Shown in pieces: positions 10,279 through 15,052 of a stretch of DNA of 15,052 bases. How positions within the stretch are numbered: the first letter of the stretch is position 1; every line of letters begins with the position of its first letter. The DNA lies in contig CAJNOI010000180.1 of the NCBI GenBank assembly GCA_905250115.1, positions 164,637 through 179,688 of the forward strand, written 5' to 3'. The position numbers and the translations under genes are program-made. This stretch comes from Adineta steineri (taxonomy: Eukaryota). Below the pieces are notes generated by a model. The model saw nothing but the letters and a program-made list of their open reading frames with translations, made no database searches and was not told the origin of the DNA.

Positions 10279-10652
10279 GTAGGATGTAAAGTGTTACAAA
10301 AACTATCCACAGACAGTCCTCAAAAAGCTGCAGGTATCAATTCCAGACAGGGTCAAGATACTTACAAGGACTATCCCTAGATAACCCTCAGAAAGTTCTA
10401 CGGATCACTTCCAAATTGCCCCCAAAACGTTTTGCAAACCATCTCCATATAGCCTTCAAAAAGCTATGGGAATTATCCTCAGGTAGTGCCCAAATAATTA
10501 CAAGTATTATGTCCAGATAGTCTTTAAAAGAGTGTGTGGATCGTCTCTATGTAGCCCTCAAAACAATACAAGGGCTATCCTACATAGTCCTTGAGAAGTT
10601 GTATAGGTTACCTCTTGGTTAGTCCGAAAACTTAAGAAGGACAGTCTAAAAT
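10279..10652 (+). repeat. Degenerate tandem array, 34-bp period, about 11 units
   Basis: Units start at 10279, 10313, 10347, 10381, 10415, 10449, 10483, 10517, 10551, 10585, 10619. Examples: acagtcctcaaaaagctgcaggtatcaattccag; ataaccctcagaaagttctacggatcacttccaa; atagccttcaaaaagctatgggaattatcctcag; gtagccctcaaaacaatacaagggctatcctaca. Confidence 0.75.
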
Positions 10653-11139
10653 AGTTCATTAAAACTTGTTGATTATTCATCGGAACAGTTTGACTCCTAG
10701 TCATGTTCAGTCAAATCTAACTCAATTCCTTTCAAATTCAGATCCAAATCCAACTCATGTCAAATTTAAGCCTATACTTGTGATTGGATTTGGTACACGG
10801 CTATCTCAGAACTATATTCTAATTTCCCCATCATCTTTTATCAAACTTTAATAAATATCATTACTCTTGCAGAAAAACCTTTCGTTAAGAAGCTAATCGG
10901 ATCAAAAAAAATTCCGTTACTATGTAGCGAATGACTGGTTAAGCAAGAGCAACTTCATTTTTTTAAAGATAACTATTACTGTATGGCTAGTTAGCGATTA
11001 GAAACAATGAGACAGTGACGGTATATCGGTAAATGATCATCATCGATGCATTAATAATAGGGTAATGATTGTCAAAAACAATTTTCTCGAGAAACTTTAA
11101 GAACACATCGATTTACGTGACGAAAAGCTATTTAGATAT

Positions 11140-11999
11140 CAGACGGGCTGCCAAATCTAAATTTAGAAAACCAGGAGTTCATCGAAAAAAAACAGGGATT
11201 GACCAGGAGAATAAACCAGGAGATTTTTAATTAAAAAAGTTTTCTTTGTTTTTTTTTGAAAAAAACTGACTTTTTCTTCTACACAGAAGATGAAAATTTT
11301 CTCCTAATAAGTTATTGCGGCACATTTTTCTATCTTCTCTTTCTCGTAGAGAAGAGTCCAGTAAACCTAAATTGTTTGGTTGCTTGCTTGTTTGTGTGTC
11401 CGCAGGGTGAAAAAAATATCGAAAATTGGTTTTTCACAGTTCTCATTCGTTTCTTTCAGTAAACGTGAAGAAAATGCATTGCTAACAGAAAGAGCTCAGC
11501 GAGTTCTCGGACGAGCATTACTTGTAATATAATATATGAACAAAAAATAATGATAATTATGTCTCAGTTCATCGTTTATTTCGAAATCAACCACAAAGTG
11601 TAAAAATATTTCCTAATGGACTAGACTCAGTTTGTGGCATGACATTGTCTTTCGGTGAATTCGTTATTTCAATGATTTTAGCATCTTCCAACGAAGACAT
11701 TTTGAGTAATGTTTAATGTATTCCTTCTTTTTATCTACAATATATAAGTTTTTACAGTACCTCTCATTTGCAAAAACTAAATTACTTTTTAGTTTTATTA
11801 CATAATTGAGAATAAGACTAATATGTTTTCTTATTGGTTATTGCATTTATTAAAAAATGCGAGATTCCTATTCTTCGCTTACTTTTCTCTGTTTTGATTA
11901 TCTCATTTTATGGATTAAAGGTATCGTTAAAAGTTGAAATTAGAAGAACATTCAGGAACCAGGAGAAGAGTCAAAAAACCAGGCGATTTGGCAGTCCTG
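11140..11999. mobile_element. Possible 860-bp TIR element
   Basis: Left end cagacgggctgccaaatc; reverse complement of right end is caggactgccaaatc. No clean TSD. Both ends also carry direct 'accaggag' motifs. Confidence 0.4.
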
Positions 12000-12372
12000 A
12001 TATTAGAGTATCTTTTTACATAAACACAAGTAAAAGCTGATCCATGATTAATCATTCCTTGCATATTAGAGTTAAAGAAGAAACGCTCACGATTATGAGC
12101 ACACACGAGCATGAGCGAGAGCTGTACACCCCTAGTAGAATTATCGAAGCAATTCATCTTCCATTTTAGGTGGATAACTTTACTGCTCAATTCATAGCGG
12201 TTATGGTAGTTGTACAGTAAATTTTCACTTAATAATCAAAATAGATCGAGTCAGAAGTTCATCAAATTTCTCCGCCCCAACCAAACAATACATTTCATTC
12301 ATGGAAACAACCTTCTATATTGATGGCAAAAATATTCGCTGTTGGCTAGGATTATGTACATGTAACTGAAGA

Positions 12373-12384
12373 AAATATATAAAA
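12373..12384 (+). promoter_or_regulatory. Candidate TATA box upstream of the GT61-like gene
   Basis: 'aatatataaaac' about 105 nt upstream of ATG 12487. Motif only, in AT-rich DNA. Confidence 0.3.
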
Positions 12385-12486
12385 CTGCAGCCAAAAACTA
12401 TAGACAAGACGCTTGTAAAATAACAGTAAAATTTGTAGTCTTCGTTCATAGTTTCGTCGCCCTTTTCGTCTCCATCTATTGTTGAT

Positions 12487-13764
12487 ATGATGAACGACAC
12501 TGTTAAGTATTGCGTGTATGGAATTATATTGATATTACTGTTAGTATTCGGCATTTGGCTATATACACCAACTATGCGCCATGTGCATAGTTCTCCATCA
12601 CCACAACTACCGTCGCTACCATCGCAACTACCATCTGCATACTGTACTAGCTCCAGCATTCATGCCAACTGTCTCTTTAGTCGATCCCTTTGTTATAATA
12701 TTAACTCGGCTCTTTGGGAAGCATCTAGTTTACCGTTCTCTAATTGGTCTGGGGTGTCTCTGAGATCTCGTGACTTAAGTAATGGTTATCGATGCAATGA
12801 TCCGTTTTTTCCTAAACTTCATTCTATTCCAGTTAATAATAATATATATTGGATAGATGGTACGAATGTGTTGTCATGCATTTGGGTTGCTGTCTTTGGT
12901 CACATATTTCTCGAAATGATGCTACCTGCTTGGTTGGCAATGCGGACTTTGGCCGATCGTTTGCACTTCTCAGACCAAAATATTACATATATCATAGACG
13001 ACAACCAATGTAGTTGTCCACTTGCTGCTCCATCATTTTCACTACTCTCACATCGACCTGTACTAAACTTTGGCAATCTCGTGAATCAAGGCAAAAAATA
13101 TGGTAAATCTCATATTTGCTTTGATAGAATGATCGTTGGATATCGTCTTCAGACGCCACTAGAATATGCGCATAACCTTGCTCATCTTGAAAATGGTGAT
13201 TTAGCCCGCTATCGCGATGCAATAAAAACTCTACATGGATTACCTCTGCACGTGAATATGTCAGCTGGTGCATGCATCGCTCTTCTCGTGCAACGTGGTG
13301 TCGATAGAAGACTTATACCCGAAAGTATAAAACAAATTGTCGAAACACTTCGTGAACGCACACTTTGTACTGTAAAAGTAGCTACATTCGAGGGTCTACC
13401 TATAGTAGAGCAAGTTCGTCTTGTTGCCACTGCAACAATTTTTGTTTCTGTTAGCGGCTCTGGAGCTCAACAGTTCATATGGCTCCCAGATGGTGCGGTA
13501 TCTTTAATTATTATACATCCACAACAGCCATTGAATGTGATTGGTCACGGTGGAATAGGTGGAGGTGGACTAATATTAAACGACTTCCTATGCTGGAAAC
13601 TTCCCACGATCCTCTGTCTTCAGGCTGGAGCCAAAGGCATACAACCGAGAGAGGATGGTAGAAACAGTATCCAAATAGACAAGAAGTTATTTTCAAATGC
13701 ATTAGACATGATTAAAATGTGGCATCACAGGGGAAAATTTGATCCACGGGATCCAAGCGAGTAA
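12487..13764 (+). CDS. Putative type II membrane glycosyltransferase of family GT61 (DUF563; EOGT/xylosyltransferase-like), intronless, 425 aa
   Basis: Uninterrupted ORF with N-terminal anchor YCVYGIILILLLVFGIWLY. GT61-like features are GHIFLEMMLPAWLAM, CFDRMIVGYR and LPIVEQVRLVATATIFVSVSGSGAQQFIWLPDGAV (degenerate form of the HGAGLxNxxFLP block). Tandem stops TAA TAG and an AATAAA at 13791. Confidence 0.78.
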   Translation: MMNDTVKYCVYGIILILLLVFGIWLYTPTMRHVHSSPSPQLPSLPSQLPSAYCTSSSIHANCLFSRSLCYNINSALWEASSLPFSNWSGVSLRSRDLSNGYRCNDPFFPKLHSIPVNNNIYWIDGTNVLSCIWVAVFGHIFLEMMLPAWLAMRTLADRLHFSDQNITYIIDDNQCSCPLAAPSFSLLSHRPVLNFGNLVNQGKKYGKSHICFDRMIVGYRLQTPLEYAHNLAHLENGDLARYRDAIKTLHGLPLHVNMSAGACIALLVQRGVDRRLIPESIKQIVETLRERTLCTVKVATFEGLPIVEQVRLVATATIFVSVSGSGAQQFIWLPDGAVSLIIIHPQQPLNVIGHGGIGGGGLILNDFLCWKLPTILCLQAGAKGIQPREDGRNSIQIDKKLFSNALDMIKMWHHRGKFDPRDPSE

Positions 13765-13790
13765 TAGTCACCATCAGAATAGATTTTGAA

Positions 13791-13796
13791 AATAAA
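13791..13796 (+). promoter_or_regulatory. Candidate polyadenylation signal for the GT61-like gene
   Basis: AATAAA 27 nt downstream of the stop codon. Confidence 0.4.
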
Positions 13797-13916
13797 TGTA
13801 TTTCTTATACCGGTGGTCCTAAAATGTTTGCAACATTTTCTATTTTGTTTAGATCTCGGCTCCGACAAATGATAGAACCTTGTTTTTTTAAAAGATGCGT
13901 CTTGAAACGCTCTTGA

Positions 13917-13951
13917 GGGTGTGGGTGTAGACAAAAAGAACACCCACACCC
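13917..13951. repeat. Telomere-like hairpin: gggtgtgggtgt / acacccacaccc
   Basis: Perfect 12-bp arms 13917-13928 and 13940-13951 with an 11-nt loop, 150 nt downstream of the GT61-like stop codon. Confidence 0.85.
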
Positions 13952-14538
13952 ACACTTACATCAAAAAACTAGAAACATTTACAACAATGATCTATGCGTA
14001 TTGAAATTGACGCGGTGCGAAGCACCATCACTAATAGAATTACTGGATATGTGCTCAATTTAGAAACTTCTCTGAACTCAGCTTTCGTTGTTGAACTTTA
14101 AGGAAGTATTTTCAGTAGTTGGAAAAAAACACCAAGGAGAAACTTTTTCGTATTTTTCAAGTGGAAAGAAGCATTTGTAGACGCTAAAAAGTAGTATATG
14201 GTGATCAACAGCTCTTGTACTTTCAAACGATGTAAAAGGAGGCAAAAAAGCTTTGTTACCTGGAGCATGGTTTACCTGTACCTTACTATTGTATAAAAAA
14301 ATTTTATATTATGAAATTCCTACCATTGCATTCATGACTGAGAATAGTGGTAACAGTGAGTGTGATAAATCTATCACGTAGTGAAATAGCGAGGAAGACT
14401 TTTTCGAAATGAGGATAACATAATTTTTAGTGTGTTTCTACTAGTCGTAAATTATTTCTGCAATTGTGTAGTAATACAAGTCGTTTGTCAGTGTTTTAGA
14501 AAACTTAGATTTGAACAAACATCGTACTACAGTTTTTT

Positions 14539-15052
14539 ATGAATCAACGGAGAAAGTATCTTATACTACTACCTATAATAGTTTGTAGTATTTTGGGAGG
14601 ATTTCGCGTTGGCCATATGTCGTCACATTCCATACTCGAACTTTTCGGCACAGAAGGACCAAGCTTTTTGCTAAACCCACAGTTGTTGACATCTTCAATG
14701 GATATTGCTATTATTGGTTCTTCTGGATATATCGGCTCACGGCTCTTTCATCACCTGCAAGCAGAAAAAACGTGGACCGTCGTTGGTTATGATCGCATCT
14801 TCCCAGGACAAGCGAGTTACGAAATATCAACTCAAAACCTGCGTCACTTTAAGGTACTAATCTATTTGGGTGGACTAACAGGCCGTGCAATGTGCCGAGA
14901 GCACCCTGGTGATGTGGAACAAGAGAATATCATAGACATCTATAATCTGGCAAAACGTATGTCATCCTCACAGCTTTTAATATTTGCTTCTACATCTGCA
15001 ATCGCCGAGAGTTCTGGTCCCATATTTGTCAACGAAGATTCTCCTGTTCGAT
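14539..15052 (+). CDS. Membrane-anchored NAD(P)-dependent sugar epimerase/dehydratase-like protein, extended SDR, 3' truncated by window end
   Basis: Open frame from ATG 14539 to the window end, not in the ORF track. It translates MNQRRKYLILLPIIVCSILGGFRVGHMSSHSILELFGTEGPSFLLNPQLLTSSMDIAIIGSSGYIGSRLFHHLQAEKTWTVVGYDRIFPG...VLIYLGGLTGRAMCREHPGDVEQENIMDIYNLAKRMSSSQLLIFASTSAIAESSG... It shows the Rossmann GxxGxxG, then the YLGG(L)TG and N...NLAK...FASTSA blocks typical of extended SDRs. Confidence 0.82.
   Translation, partial: MNQRRKYLILLPIIVCSILGGFRVGHMSSHSILELFGTEGPSFLLNPQLLTSSMDIAIIGSSGYIGSRLFHHLQAEKTWTVVGYDRIFPGQASYEISTQNLRHFKVLIYLGGLTGRAMCREHPGDVEQENIIDIYNLAKRMSSSQLLIFASTSAIAESSGPIFVNEDSPVR

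Noticed and set aside
10279-10652. CRISPR-like array interpretation of the 34-bp periodicity
   Set aside because: Units are contiguous and degenerate with no invariant repeat/variable spacer alternation, and the context is eukaryotic.
12315-12659. 114-aa minus-strand ORF, and the other minus/alternate-frame ORFs within 12487-13764
   Set aside because: Antisense or out-of-frame shadows of the well-supported GT61-like ORF.

Overview
This is a low-GC eukaryotic window. Short GT-AG introns, TGTGGG-type G-rich islands and dense small inverted-repeat elements make a bdelloid-rotifer-like accessory or subtelomeric region the best guess, but the taxon is inferred. Four genes are supportable. (1) A minus-strand, 8-exon gene at 836-2399 can be reconstructed by hand: signal peptide, Cys-rich domain, Thr-rich linker built from tiny exons, then a truncated kelch array. 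(2) An intronless type II membrane glycosyltransferase resembling GT15/KRE2 lies at 5767-6750. (3) An intronless type II membrane glycosyltransferase resembling GT61/EOGT lies at 12487-13764. (4) An open-ended ORF at 14539-15052, absent from the supplied ORF track, encodes a membrane-anchored NAD-dependent epimerase/dehydratase-like protein. The intergenic DNA is rich in unannotated structure. It contains several foldback/TIR elements, two of them with 7/8-matching 8-bp flanking duplications of hAT type. There is a family of paired, inverted telomere-like (GTGTGGG)n hairpins with partly shared flanks, and a 132-bp repeat abutting two of these hairpins on opposite sides. A degenerate tandem array with a steady 34-bp period occupies about 10279-10652. 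No CRISPR, rRNA, tRNA or prokaryotic system was seen.
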